Of a DNA stretch of 64,000 bases, positions 1-12,791 are shown in pieces (position 1 is the stretch's first letter; each line of letters opens with the position of its first letter). Both the position numbers and the translations under genes were made by a program. The notes beneath the pieces were generated by a model. It did no database searches. It was not told the origin of the DNA and saw only the letters and a list, made by a program, of their open reading frames with translations. The DNA lies in NCBI GenBank assembly GCA_964247055.1, contig OZ176051.1:9548001-9612000 (forward strand), given 5' to 3'. Source of the DNA: Paragordius varius (taxonomy: Eukaryota > Animalia > Nematomorpha).

Positions 1-262
1 CTATTTTATATTAAAAATATATGATGTAGTATAATAAATAAACCAAAATCAAGGTTTACTTATAATAAAATTCAATAACAATAAAGAAATAGTAAATTTT
101 AGATTTTTATGACATATGCCATTAATAAGTATTTGTTTTACAGGTGATATATAAATATATAATGGATTTTTTGAACCGTTTCTTTCAGAAGCTAGTCAGG
201 AATGAGTTCAGACTCACTCCTAATCATATTGACAAAAATTTCAATCATATCAATAATTGTAC

Positions 263-2945
263 CTGGTATAAAACACACATAAAAGTGATATTGTGGTTTG
301 TATGATTGAACCTATTCATAACTGTATCAATAATTTCCCAAGTGTTTGCTATAGTTCCCGGTTTCCAGCGACGTTTTTGGTTAAAATATTCTTCGAATGT
401 ATGGGGAATGTTTGATTCTACCAAAGCTTTGGGTGCTTTTTGCAAAAAATATCCCAATCGTCTTATGAGCACACTGAGATACCTATAAAGAGGCTGATAT
501 AAGTATATAAAGAACAAATAAAAAGGCCTAAAAACATAGTTTGTGCTGATTAATTTTTGCTTTTCTCTTTTTTTAATGTATAAACTGATAACTCTCTTGC
601 CAAGAAGCTAGAAGTAATGATATTGGAATGTAGCAATCAAAGACATACTTAACTGTTAAAAGATCAACACTTGATTTAACAATACAAAATACATAATCTC
701 AATCCATAATAATTATAAAAACTAGGATTACTTGATATAAGACGCGAAAAAACCTTATGTAGCATAGCTTGATTTAAAAGTCTATCCTAAAACGCATCCA
801 ATATATACTGGTTTTATCTTTATTTCAATATGTTTTGGTTTTTGTTTAATATATACTGGGAGTAACGAAACGAGGACTTTTAGGTTAGACTTTGGCCAAT
901 ATTTAAAATTAAAACTATGATATTAATTAAGCCTTAATAAAAAAAATTTCCAAAAAACAAAGATAAAATGGAAAAATTTTTTACTAATAAATCATAATTA
1001 ATGAGATTGTTCTGGAATTGTTGGAATATTTTTACAACTATAATTTGCGCCTGAGATCCTATTTATCCTTAAATTTGTTGCTAGTTTTATTTATTAATTT
1101 AACCAAGGAGCCGATAATTTAATTTAAATAATATTAAATAAACCAAATATCAATAATCGAGAATGTTTTGCTTATTAAAATAAGTTTAAGGTCGTTTCAT
1201 TAATATGTTGAGCCCCCTTAGATTTTTCTACACCTTTTGGGAGCCACTGCTGTAATCTATTTAAATAAAAATTGTTCAAAAAATACATTTATGCGTAATA
1301 ATCAATCCGTTTTTGACCAAGTTTAGAAGAAACAAAATATTATTCCACTACTCCCTTTATAAACATAATAATGTCTTAAATTATGAATTCTTATATCATT
1401 ATAGCATATGATGATTTTTCTAATGGATAATGTCCCCTAATAATATACCATTTGCACTTCAAGAGTGTCCTTAAACACAAATTGGTCCTTGAACACTTAA
1501 GTTGATCCTTTGACTTTTTTGTTTTGTTTTAACTTTTATCAATCAAATATTATATTTTTCATCTATTTTATATTTTTCACCTATTTCCTATTATTTAAAT
1601 TAAATTTTAAATCAATAAATTTTAATCATTCAGAAATCGTATGTCTTTTAAATTAATTAAAAAATATATAAGTTTTCTGGATTATTATTTACAATTTTTC
1701 AACATTTGAAAGTTAATAATTTTAGTAAATTGAAAAAAATTATTTTGAACCAAAAAATCATATAGGAAATATAGAAAATAAGGTTAAAAAATAATAAAAT
1801 AAAATAAATGTAAATTAAATCTTAAAAATATTAAGGACCAACTTGAAATGTTCAAGGACCAACTTGAAGTGTTCAAGGACCAATTTGAAATTTTAAGGAC
1901 TAACTTGAAGTCTTCAATAGCATCAATCAAATCTTGTTACTTATTATTTTTAAAATTGTACACAAATTTTCCAAAAATGGCACCTGGTTAGGTGCAAATA
2001 AAATAAAAAAACTTTTTAACACGGTATAATACTTAATGGAATATAGAGTAGATCATATATATTGATAAATATAAATTATATAGGAATCCAAAAGATCGTT
2101 CGTTTATTCTTACTTCGTTGCCCAAATCTATTTACACTGATTTAGTATTGTTTTCAATGAAAGAATGTTGTTAATAACATTAGCAAAAAGTTATTTGTAT
2201 AACCAAATTTAATTAAACTTTATATACATTAAATAATATATGTCCTCTACTCATTATATATAAATTAAACATGGTGCTATTTGTATTTTTTTAAAATAAT
2301 AGCATTTCTATGGATCAATTTAACATAAAGCCATTTAAAAAATATATATAACTATGAGTAAAATATATTATTTAAGCATTTAATTTTTTAAATAGCACGT
2401 TCAGTATTACTGGATATTATGATACGATACCAATATAACTTTTATAAATGAATAAAGTCACATTTTAAAAACAAATTTTTATTTATACTGAGAAGCGAAT
2501 ATTTTAACTTAGTGTTGTGTTAGAAAACTTAGTTTTTATTTTTAGCTATTTAACAATGTGGACGTTTTCTTTTAATTTAATAATCATCCAGAATTCGCTT
2601 GATGCATATTTTGGAAAGGTTTATTGGATTGCTTTATACAATATTATATGGTTATTTTTAGTTATTCCCTAAATCTACTTTCTCTATTCATATTTCTAAT
2701 AATATTCATCGGTAAGAATTTAACATGACATGACCTTGTATATTTCCCAGGTAAAAATTACAAATGCTTTTATAAAATCGATAAAGCCATTTTTCATTCC
2801 GTTTATTTTTTATAATAATGATTTTCTTTAATCATTCGAAAAAAATCCATCAATACAAAAATAATGTTTCTGCCAAAAATATTGCCACTAAGATATTTTG
2901 AATAAATCAATCTGTTATTAGTAAGTAAAATGTGAATTGATATCA

Positions 2946-2981
<36 letters not shown>

Positions 2982-4116
2982 GAGTGCAAAAAGGAGGGTT
3001 ATTTTTTTAATAAAAGATTTTTTTATAAGATGGCCTAAACCAACGAATTCATTTGCCGCATAAACTATTATTTGATGACGACCTACTTTTTGATATTGAG
3101 AAATTGAGAAAAAGTGAAAATTAAGGATAATTCAAAAAATAATGATAAAACTTGAGATATCATGGTTTATTATCACAGTAGATATTTTTAATATATAAAT
3201 AGACTAATATCATATAGTTAGGGTTGGTCTAAAATCTCAGTTTAAAAGATGGCGTTTTCTTCCAACTCACTTAAAATACAAAAAAAATTTTATGAAACTA
3301 TATTTAATTTATTCATTTAATTATTTACTAGCTAAACTCATTATTAAAATATTCAGTAAAAATAACTTATTTATTAAAATAAAACTAAAAAATATTGTTT
3401 TTTATTTTTTAATTTATTTGACATCTGATTTATGAGTGTATAATAAATTTATACTGTTTTTAAAATTTTACATGAGTGGGAATTATAAAGTATATAATTT
3501 ATAGGCAAAATAAAGATTTTAAATATCAACCAACAATCCTTCCAATATAACAAGTTTGTTTTAACACAAATTAATATTGGTACTGTATGTCGGATTTTTG
3601 GTTAATTTACCACTACTTGTAAATTTTATTTTATTAATTTTTATACTTTCAGCTCATGTAAGATTCCAAATAAAGCAATTTTTTTATAAACTCATAAACC
3701 AAATGACAAAAAAATGAAAAACTAAAAAATAATATATTAGTTTTCTTTTGGATATATAAGTTTTTTTACTGAAAAAAATATGAATGTTAAGATTTTAATA
3801 GTGAGTTCAGCTAGTAAAAAATTAAAAAAAATTATTTTTATATAGTTCCATAAAAAATATATCTAAGTATGTTAAAAGAAACGCCATAATTAAAAATATC
3901 TCCTAAAATAATAATAAACCATAATATCTCAACTTTTATCATCATTTTTTAATTATTCCGATTATATTTAATTTTCACTTTTTGTCCGATTTTAATTTTT
4001 TCCCAATATTTCAAAAACTAGGTCGTAAACAAAGAAAAATTTTACGGCAAATAAATTCGCTGATAACCTATTTCATGAAAAAAAATTATTTTGTTAAAAA
4101 AATTTTGAATACCGTG

Positions 4117-4152
<36 letters not shown>

Positions 4153-6498
4153 AGAAAAGTTTCGATTTAGATAAAAATCATGTTAAAATTGAATTTTGAG
4201 TGGAGGAAAAATATTGAAAGCAAAAAACATATTTAGTTTATCTAACCTATCTTCGGTTAAATCCAACTCCAAAACCCTAATACCATTGCCCGGAATACTC
4301 CGATAAATTTGTTGAATGTATGGGTCTGCTAGGACGTGTCCTTTTATGGCACAGAAATTTCCAGGAAGACAAATTGCTCCACCAAACATACGATCTGCAT
4401 TACGTTCTAGCCAATGCTTTTGTACGTATTCAAAGCGTTGGTAATTGACCCAAAGGCTGTTTCCTCGTCCATTAACCTACATATGTGTATATATAGACCA
4501 GGGGTGTCACCAACATGCGGCCCGCTAAGTATTTGGAACATCCATAATTTGCAAAAATATGCTAACGAAATCTTAATAAAATAGATATTCTTCAAACAAT
4601 TTTTTTTATATAAAAAGGTATAAAAAATTGTTATACTGTGTTTACCGCCTTGCACTTAAAATTTAATAAATAATTTATGAATGCCCATATATATTTCGCA
4701 TGCGGCCCGCCAGTTTTTTGAGTCAAAAATGCCGCCCTAAAAGCCATTTGCGATGGTGGACACCCCGGATACAACATAGTACCTTGCCAAAAACACCTCC
4801 GAGGTTTTGATTACTCAACAATGAATTGATTAGGGTGTAAAGAGCGTTTGGGGAGAAGCAAATATCACCATCAACCATTACCAAAACACTTTTGGATACA
4901 TCTATTTTTGAATGCAATGAGTTTGTATCGACAGTATTGTTTGCCATGTAATCCAGTATGTAATCCATGTACAGGATCTAAATGACAAACGCGTCAATTA
5001 CAAATTGTTTTATTCCATTGACTTATACAAATCTTGTTCAACATTCACCCTAAACACTTCAATTCCACACTTTAATAATTTAAGATACATTTTGAGTTTA
5101 ATGCTAACGGCAAATATAATTCATTCGTTAATTTAATAAGCGTGATTAATAAATGTTGCGTTGAGGGATTGGAAATGGGTGATTTGAAATTTTGAAAAAT
5201 TTGAATGTCAATAAATTTGGGGAATGTTCATGGTGTCAATGTTATATAATTAAACATTTGGATTTTATACGTCTGATCGATAATGATAAATTAAAATAAA
5301 ATAAAATAGAAATGATATTTTCACAATTTGTAAATGCCATAATAAAGGTGCCATGTAAATGCTGGAGCCAGGAAAAATGACTCAATATTTTTATATAGCA
5401 GAAATGTCTTATGGATTTGAGGGTAGAGTGTAATTTTCTGTTAAGAAAACAAATCAATTTTAAAAATAGGCAAAAAAATTGTAGTTATTAAACGGCTTAT
5501 TTACATGGCCTTTACATATATTATTTGTTAATACATAACTTTTCATTATTTTATTAATTGTACTTTTAAACAAAATTATTTGAGATCATTGCCTAGATCT
5601 GGTCACAAAACTATGACGTCCATCGATTCTATTTTTTACTTCTTTATGACTTTGACTTACCTAGCATTTCGAAAAAATAATCAACAAATCAAAAGCTAAC
5701 TTTTACTGCAACTTATCAATAAAAACAATATAATTGATACTTTCTTGGATATAAAGGAATAAAGATTTATGTAAAAATACAACAATTCTATTTTTTTATG
5801 CTTAGAACAATCAGAACTTTACTTGACTCCATCGTTTCCAGACTTTAATGTAAATCTTATTTTTGAGGTGTAAAACTAATCTTGCTTTTGATGGTAGATA
5901 CCAGGTCAAACGACCCCTGTATGGAACATTTTCTTTTATCCCCATCGGTGAGGTTGTAGGCGGCAATAAACAATTATAGCGATCAAACAAAGTTTTTACC
6001 GTGTCTATAAAAGTTTCCGCGTATTCGTTGATAATCTATCAACAATCATGTAAATATCACAATATTAAGAGGTTTTTTTTTCGAATTTGGGTTTGTCAAT
6101 TATTGTTTATATGAATATTAACAGTTGACAACAAATTAATATAAAAGCAATTTTAATTTTTATATAAAACAGTGTTCATAGTCATAATAACAAAAATTCG
6201 ATAAATGCTAGTGCAAATTCAAAATCCGTTAGAAAAAAGAACCAAACAAAGTATTTACTTGGACATCGCAATGATCAAATGCATCATCCAAAACAACGTG
6301 ATACTCATAAAAATTGTTACCATTTTGTTCAACATTCTTCAGGTCTGTTCTACAAAAAATATTTTATTCAAAGTTGTACCTTATAACAGATTCAATTAGT
6401 TGTTCCATTTCACTTCTATTTTCGTGCCACATAGTTATACATACAAACACATTATAGTCGTTATAGCATGGTTCGATATCTTCCGTCTCCAATGTGGA
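263..6498 (-). CDS. CHS: Chitin synthase paralog A (GT2 family), partial: catalytic-domain exons; 3' part runs off the left edge, 5' end not resolved
   Basis: GT-AG exons that keep frame: 6498-6380 (VCITMWHENRSEMEQLIESVIR), 6349-6259 (YEYHVVLDDAF), 6035-5823 (PYRGRLTWYLP...LHLKNK...KRWSQ), 4977-4783 (ILYMDYIL...MVDGDICFSP), 4476-4247 (YQRFEY...LPGNF...LTEDR), 482-263 (EEYFNQKRRWKPGTIAN). The motif order matches metazoan chitin synthases. Confidence 0.92.
1446..1912. mobile_element. MITE, copy with a degenerate right end of the family at 6659-7185
   Basis: Starts TACCATTTGCACTTCAAGAG, the same TIR as the 6659 copy. Carries about four tandem 20-21-nt subterminal units (AAGGACCAACTTGAAGTGTTC) at about 1833-1915. 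The internal sequence aligns by eye with 6700-7170. Confidence 0.75.
2980..4120. mobile_element. Foldback/MITE-like element with long (about 400 bp) imperfect inverted arms, flanked by (TA)n
   Basis: The left arm (e.g. ACGAATTCATTTGCCGC...ACGACCTACTTTTTGATATTGAGAAA) matches the reverse complement of about 3715-4115. (TA)n tracts lie at 2951-2979 and 4121-4149. It sits in a CHS-A intron. Confidence 0.7.
4499..4768. mobile_element. hAT-type MITE in a CHS-A intron
   Basis: Terminal inverted repeats CAGGGGTGTCACCAAC / GATGGTGGACACCCCGG with an internal TGCGGCCCGC motif typical of hAT (Charlie-like) MITEs. Related copies lie at about 6527, 11255 and 15782. Confidence 0.7.
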
Positions 6499-6526
6499 CT
6501 ATTAAATAATTGTGCATAAATATTAA

Positions 6527-7345
6527 CAAGGGTGTCCAACAATGCGAAAATCCGTGATACTTTGGGCATGCGAAGAAAAATTTGGAATGTAAATTATTAA
6601 ACATATGCGAGGAATTGTATAATTTGCAAAAATATGCTATTGACAAAAATCTTATTATATACCATTTGCACTTCAAGAGGGTCTGTCCTTCAACACTACA
6701 AGTTGGTCCTTGAACACTTCAAGCTGGTCCTTTGACTTTTTTGTTTTGTTTTTAACTTTTATCAATCAAATCTCAAATAATTCATCTATTTTATTGTTTT
6801 TTACCTATTTTGTATTATTTAACATAAATTTTAAATCGATATTAACTTTTAATCTTTGAGAAACCGTATATCTTTATTAATTTCTTAAAATAATATTGGA
6901 TATTTATAAGATTTTAACACGAAAGAAAAAATATATAAGTTATCTGGGTTATTAATTAAAATTTTTTATTAAAAACATTTAAAAGTCAATAATTTTGTTC
7001 AATTGAAAAAAATAGTTTGAAACAAAAAAGTGGTTTTTCAATAAAAAAATTTTATTTTTAAATAAATAAATATATAATAAATAAAGAAAATTAGATTAAT
7101 AAATAATAAAATTTTAAGGACCAACTTGAAGTATTCAAGGACCAACTTGAAGTGTTCAAGGACACTCTTGAAGTGCAAATGGTATTTCTCAAACAATTTT
7201 GGTAACCAACTAGGAAAAATTGGTGAAATAAATAATTGTGTTAGCAAGCTTTTTTAAGCCTCATGTTTTATATTTAAATTATTTGCCTAATATTCATACG
7301 ATTTGACCCGCAAATTCTTTTGAATCAAAAATGTAGCTCGCCCTA
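6527..7345. mobile_element. hAT-type MITE interrupted by a nested MITE
   Basis: Begins CAAGGGTGTCCAAC. The sequence on both sides of 6659-7185 continues the 4499-4768 family (aaatcttattat | ttctcaaacaatt). Confidence 0.6.
6659..7185. mobile_element. MITE with about 20-bp TIRs and subterminal 21-nt repeats, inserted at a TA-rich site
   Basis: ATACCATTTGCACTTCAAGAG ... CTCTTGAAGTGCAAATGGTAT, a perfect inverted pair. Confidence 0.85.
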
Positions 7346-9936
7346 ATATGGAAGAATATGATTCACTTTGCAAACATTAACCGATTGGTTATAAAATATT
7401 TTGTCTCATTATATATGTATAAATAACAAGATGTAATTAATTTTCTCACGTAATCTTTTTACCGAATTCGGAGAATTATTGATCTTTCATTCATTCAACT
7501 GTTTATCTTAACTATTATTTGCCTTATAAAACGATTCATTTCACAAATAAAAACACGTCTTCGACCATAACCTTGTCGGCTACAAAAACTGAAATGCCTG
7601 AGATAAGGCAAATGATGCAAAGCATTCATGCTGCCGATTATACGCATTAATAGTTGTTAGATGATATAATCATATAAATTATATTTAATTGCTCGATAGA
7701 CCGACTTTTAGGGTCGTTTTTCCTTGTTTAGAGGGGTCGGGCCAAACCCAACTCCAAATTTAGTTAAATGTGATTAGCAATGCCTAGGGCATAATGTAAG
7801 CCACACGTTTGACAAAATATGGCATCCAAGATTTTACCCCCATAAAATATATAAATAATTTGTTTATACCACAAAAGGATATTTATAATAAATATATTCA
7901 AGATTTAGATGATTATATTTAATTAATATGAACACATTTTAGAGTGATTACTAAAAATCTCAATAGTTCCCGAAAACGAAACTAAACTTTAATTTTTAAA
8001 GGGTGTTAAAATATAGAAATCTAAAAAATAAAACGTCAGTAAATATAAATTATTGGCAATTAATAAAGAAAAGATTGAAATATTTCAAACCTTAATTTAA
8101 GAGAAAATTGGTGGAGAACCCTTGTAAAGTGTTATGATTATATTTTAAAAAGTAGAGTTTTGAATTCGGACTTTATGACATATGGCCGTATTATAAGAAA
8201 TATTTAAAACTTTTCTAGCTTTTAATTATTGTAAAAGTTGTATATCCTAAAATTTATCAGATAAAATCTTGATTTTAAGATTGTGTGATTTTTTGCTGTT
8301 TTTCGAAATGATTAAACATGCCATTGTAGATTTAGTTTTCATGAATCAACCTGATTCGGTCGTGTGTTTAATTAAAATAAGTTTTAATTAATGCCTTGGA
8401 TTAATAATATTTTAACAAAACCAGCTCTATTTTTTGAAAAAAATTATATACGAAAGCATTAGTATTTATAATATTTAATATAGGAATTTGTAGCTTGGTT
8501 GTAAAATGATAAAAAAATACTTTTTCAGCTATGTCTTCAGTGGTCAAACGTAATTTAATATTTTTTATCCCAACATTGAGGTTATTAAAAAGTCCGATAA
8601 CATTGGATACTATGAAAGAATAATAGTTGATATTTAGAATATTTATTAGTTTCGACAAAGAATTCCATCTCACTTCCCTTTCCATCTTGAAAATATTGTT
8701 TTGGTTTTATTCCGCCGTAAATTGAGATAAGATCATCGTTACAGTTTAAGGAATTTGGTGTAATGGAGTTACGACGATACTTAATAATTATATTTTATTA
8801 AAAATGATTCTTTAATTTTGTTTAATATTAGCCGGATTTTTTCAATGAATGTCTTACAACTTAAGTAGTCACTTAAGTGTTGTTGATGATGATTGCAGTA
8901 GAACTAAGACATGTTTGTTATGAAATTTTCAAGGTCTCTCGAAAAAAATGCGCACAGAAATGGACCGCGCGCGTTATAACTATAAAATTGTTTTCTTGTT
9001 ACATTTTGGCCATATATATACATATATGAATATATTTACTATTGTTATTTTTATATAATGTAAATGCAACGTATGTTATATTAAACCACAGTTAATGAAA
9101 ACGTATAATAACAAATACTAGTTTGTGCCATATTTCAATAATGATACGATGATTTATATAAAGAATTAAAAGGCAACTAACAAACTATCGCTGACATATG
9201 TTTTCATTTTTGGCAGAAAAGAGAGGACATCAAGATAAAATTATGTTGAAATATAATTAATTGTACCTGTGAACGATTAAAAGAAATAATAGCCGGAACA
9301 TATGGTAATTAAAAGCCGTTGTTTTCTGTATAAATCGAATCGTCTGCCAAATAATTTTAAATTATAACAATAAAAATAAATATGAAAGAGTTGCGATTAT
9401 TATTGGTGAAATGAAGCATATTAATAAATTTTTTTCGTACACTAACTAAATTGTTTCATACAGGTTTAATTATTTATTCCTAAATTACTTTACCATTTTT
9501 ATGAATGTTATAGATACCAAAGGATTATCCGAACAAAATTTGCATGATTTGTTTAGAAACCACAAAACGTTTTAAACCCCATTTAGCAATTTAAAAAAAT
9601 ATTACTTTTTTAATTTTTATTGATAAAATTATTTAAACCATAAAGTTTAGTTATGGATTGTATTTATTTGTCGGTAATTTTTAATTTGTGAATAATCTAT
9701 TTATTAAACCCAGAATGAAGTCAACGTCATTGCTATTGACTAAAAAATTAAAGCCGGAGCAATTTTTTGGGCAAACAATCGGGAAACCTTAAACTTATAG
9801 AGAAAAAGATTGTGTTGGAACTTTAACGGTTCCGGTACAATCTTTGATATTGCGCAACTTGTATTTTTTGTTTACTTCACTCACAGTTAATGTATTGACT
9901 ATTTATAATTCATTTATTTCAATAAATTTGACAGAA

Positions 9937-12760
9937 TTATGCTGAGATTTGGATTGATGAGATTTTTTGATACATCATACAAATAAAACGGAGTCCAAAT
10001 ATAACAGTTAGATATGTGACAATAGTTATAACATATGGGTCTAAGGATGATGTGTGACCCAAATTATGCTTTGATTGAAAATATAAAGTTGGTACTATAA
10101 CTGCCAAGTTGGTTAGCAGGAATAAACCAATAATCTAATAATAAAAACATATATTTTGTATTAAAACCATTTGTTACACAGAAAAATAAAAAATTAATTT
10201 AACAATTAATTTTACCTTATATCTTAAAATATTATATTGAATGTTTAAGATGTCTCTGTGTATATCCTTTGGAGAATAACGCAAATGTCTTTTTAAGGCT
10301 TCGATCCAAAATAGTCGTTCTTCTAAAGGGAGTTCCATTGAATTATCCAAATCACAATTATTTAGTTTATCAATCTTACCATTCGAAGAAATTTTAGTAT
10401 GTTTGGTTTTAAAATCTGTTTAAACAAAATATATTTAAAAAAAAACTAATTTTGAGCTATAGAAAGAAATTAGAATACCTTTAGAGATATCTGTATGTGG
10501 ACTGAAATCAATAACCTTTTTTACAATCTATACCAAAAACGATATATTTATAAGTATCGAAAATTCAAATTAAACTTTTCTAATTAATGTAAATATTTAT
10601 TTACTTAATATTTTAACAAATTCTTGGCATATTAAGGGTTTTTTAAACAGTTACTTCATTGTATTTTTTAAGTATATCGAAACAAAATGTTGTTTTTAAA
10701 ATTATTAATTAGTTATGCATTTAATTTGGATTTCCTGATTAAATTGACAATATATTTTGAGTTTTATAAATAAACTTTCTAAATAATTTTATATTTGATT
10801 ATAGGTGATTTAAAAATAAAATAGTCACCAATGATGCCATCAAGTATGAAAACTTATAATTAATATTAATTATAAAATGTTTTACTTTTTCCAATAAAAC
10901 GTTGTAAAATTGTTATTGAAATTAAAATATTTACCCCTTCTCGAGTACCCCAAGAAGTTTGATGAGCATTAAAAAAGCAGTATATAGGAAGGTCTAAACT
11001 CATGGTCGGCAAACCGGCCATATAAAACAATAAAAGATAAATTTGTTTTAGACCAAATCTTTTGTGCATAACTAAGGCAATAAGGACTTCCGTTACTATG
11101 GGAACGCATATTAATAAATCTGGATAAATGGGAGACCAATGGCCCTTATACGCATAGAGACATATAGATAAAGCATACATGATCATTGACAGGGCATAGG
11201 CCACAGCAAGAAATTTAATAACTTTAATCTAAATTAAAAATAAAAATCAATATCCAACACGCGGCCCTCTAAGACATTATGTTAGCCCGCCAAAAATCAT
11301 ATGAAAACATATGAATCATAATTTCTCAAACTATTTAGTAAATTTTTAGATTGATTTCTCAACGGTTTGCTACATAAATTTTTTCAAATTTTGGCAACAA
11401 ACTAGCAAAAACTGCTAAAATATATATATTAGTTATCTTGTCTTAGAATCATATGCTTGAAATCTAATATAATATTATTAATTTCCATATATTTTTCGAA
11501 TGCGGTTCGCAAAGCCATTTGTGTTGGGCACTCCAAATTTCCGGTTAAAATTTTAAAATGTATCTTGAAGATTGATGTTTTAAAATGATTAATTTACCTG
11601 AGTCTTTGGTGAAAACAGGAAGCCCATGGTAATAGATAAAATTCCAATAAAGATTGGAGTAAGTGTGGATAATGTTTTGGAAAAATTTAAGCCGATAGCG
11701 AAAATGCGTATAAACATGAGCAACATGATGGCAGGAGTCACCAAATAATTAGCGACTAATAATAACTATATATATTTAAAAATATGAAGCCAAATATATG
11801 CATCTGTAACATTTTATTATAAGGTTAACATTAATTTGTTTGGTATTGAAAATTAAAATACCAAAACGTCTGCCTTAACCTAAGCCCTAAATTGTTAATA
11901 TTCTGTTAAATTTTAATTACTTGATACAAACATTGTATAACATTTAAATGATTGGGTAGAGATTCGTTCGCTTTTCCATCTACTATTGAACATTTTATGT
12001 GATGTAACGTATTTAATATGGCAGATGGTTTCCATCTCCGTTTTTGATTAAAGTACTCTTCCAAAGTTTCTGGACGGTGGGAATAAACACATGCTTGTGG
12101 ACAATATTGTATTGTAAAGCCTTGTTTGAGAATCAAAGAGCTTATCCATCTGTATTAATATCAATATATCAATTCAGTCATTTCGAAATCTAAATTAACC
12201 TTAAAAGTTTGGTTTATGGCTAAAAAACTCAATATTGAATCACCAGATCACACTAAAACAAACCAAAATCTATGAAAAATATTTAAGTTAATATAAAAAG
12301 ATAAAACCCTCCTCTGTTTCGCTTTAAGTTTCAGCATAAAAACTGATAAAAATTGATATTCAAAACTTGCAAATGGTGAAAATATCCATAACTTGATCTA
12401 TTAGTTAAATTCTCAATCCCATTTAGCCAAAACGATATTTTTAAAAATATGGCTTTCAGTGAGATTGGTTAAAAGGGACCATGTTTTTAGAGTTTAACTG
12501 TATTTAAACCAAAGGATTTCATTAATGTTGTCATTTTTTAATTCAGCCTCTTATCAAATAAATTAAAAGTATAAGGGTTAGCTAAAAATATATATAAAAT
12601 AAATTGCTATTTTACACTTACTAGTACGAGAACATCGATATATTTATTTGAATGATTCGCTCGCTCTCTCTAGATGTCTGATATACCTTAGTTTGAATTT
12701 CTTAGTCCCAATAAAACACCAAAGATTGAGGATTTAAGTAAAAATATATTTCATGACAGA

Positions 12761-12791
<31 letters not shown>

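Noticed and set aside
1833-1915. Regular 20-21-nt direct repeats (also 7115-7170) that superficially resemble a CRISPR array
   Set aside because: There are no unique spacers, the units are contiguous, they lie inside a MITE next to its TIR, the context is eukaryotic and there are no cas genes.
1960-2750. Possible plus-strand nested exons in a CHS-A intron (NPKDRSFILTSLPKSIYTDL; SLDAYFGKVYWIALYNIIWLFLVIP)
   Set aside because: No consistent spliced frame or recognisable homology could be built; AT-rich DNA readily yields hydrophobic pseudo-peptides.
8575-8780. Open minus-strand frame of about 60 codons upstream of CHS-A (YRRNSITPNSLNC...)
   Set aside because: No CHS motif and no convincing phase-compatible donor; cannot be assigned.
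10323-10379. Candidate 57-nt GT-AG intron in CHS-B
   Set aside because: The frame is open straight through (…DNSMELPLEERLFW), so no intron is required; modelled as exon.
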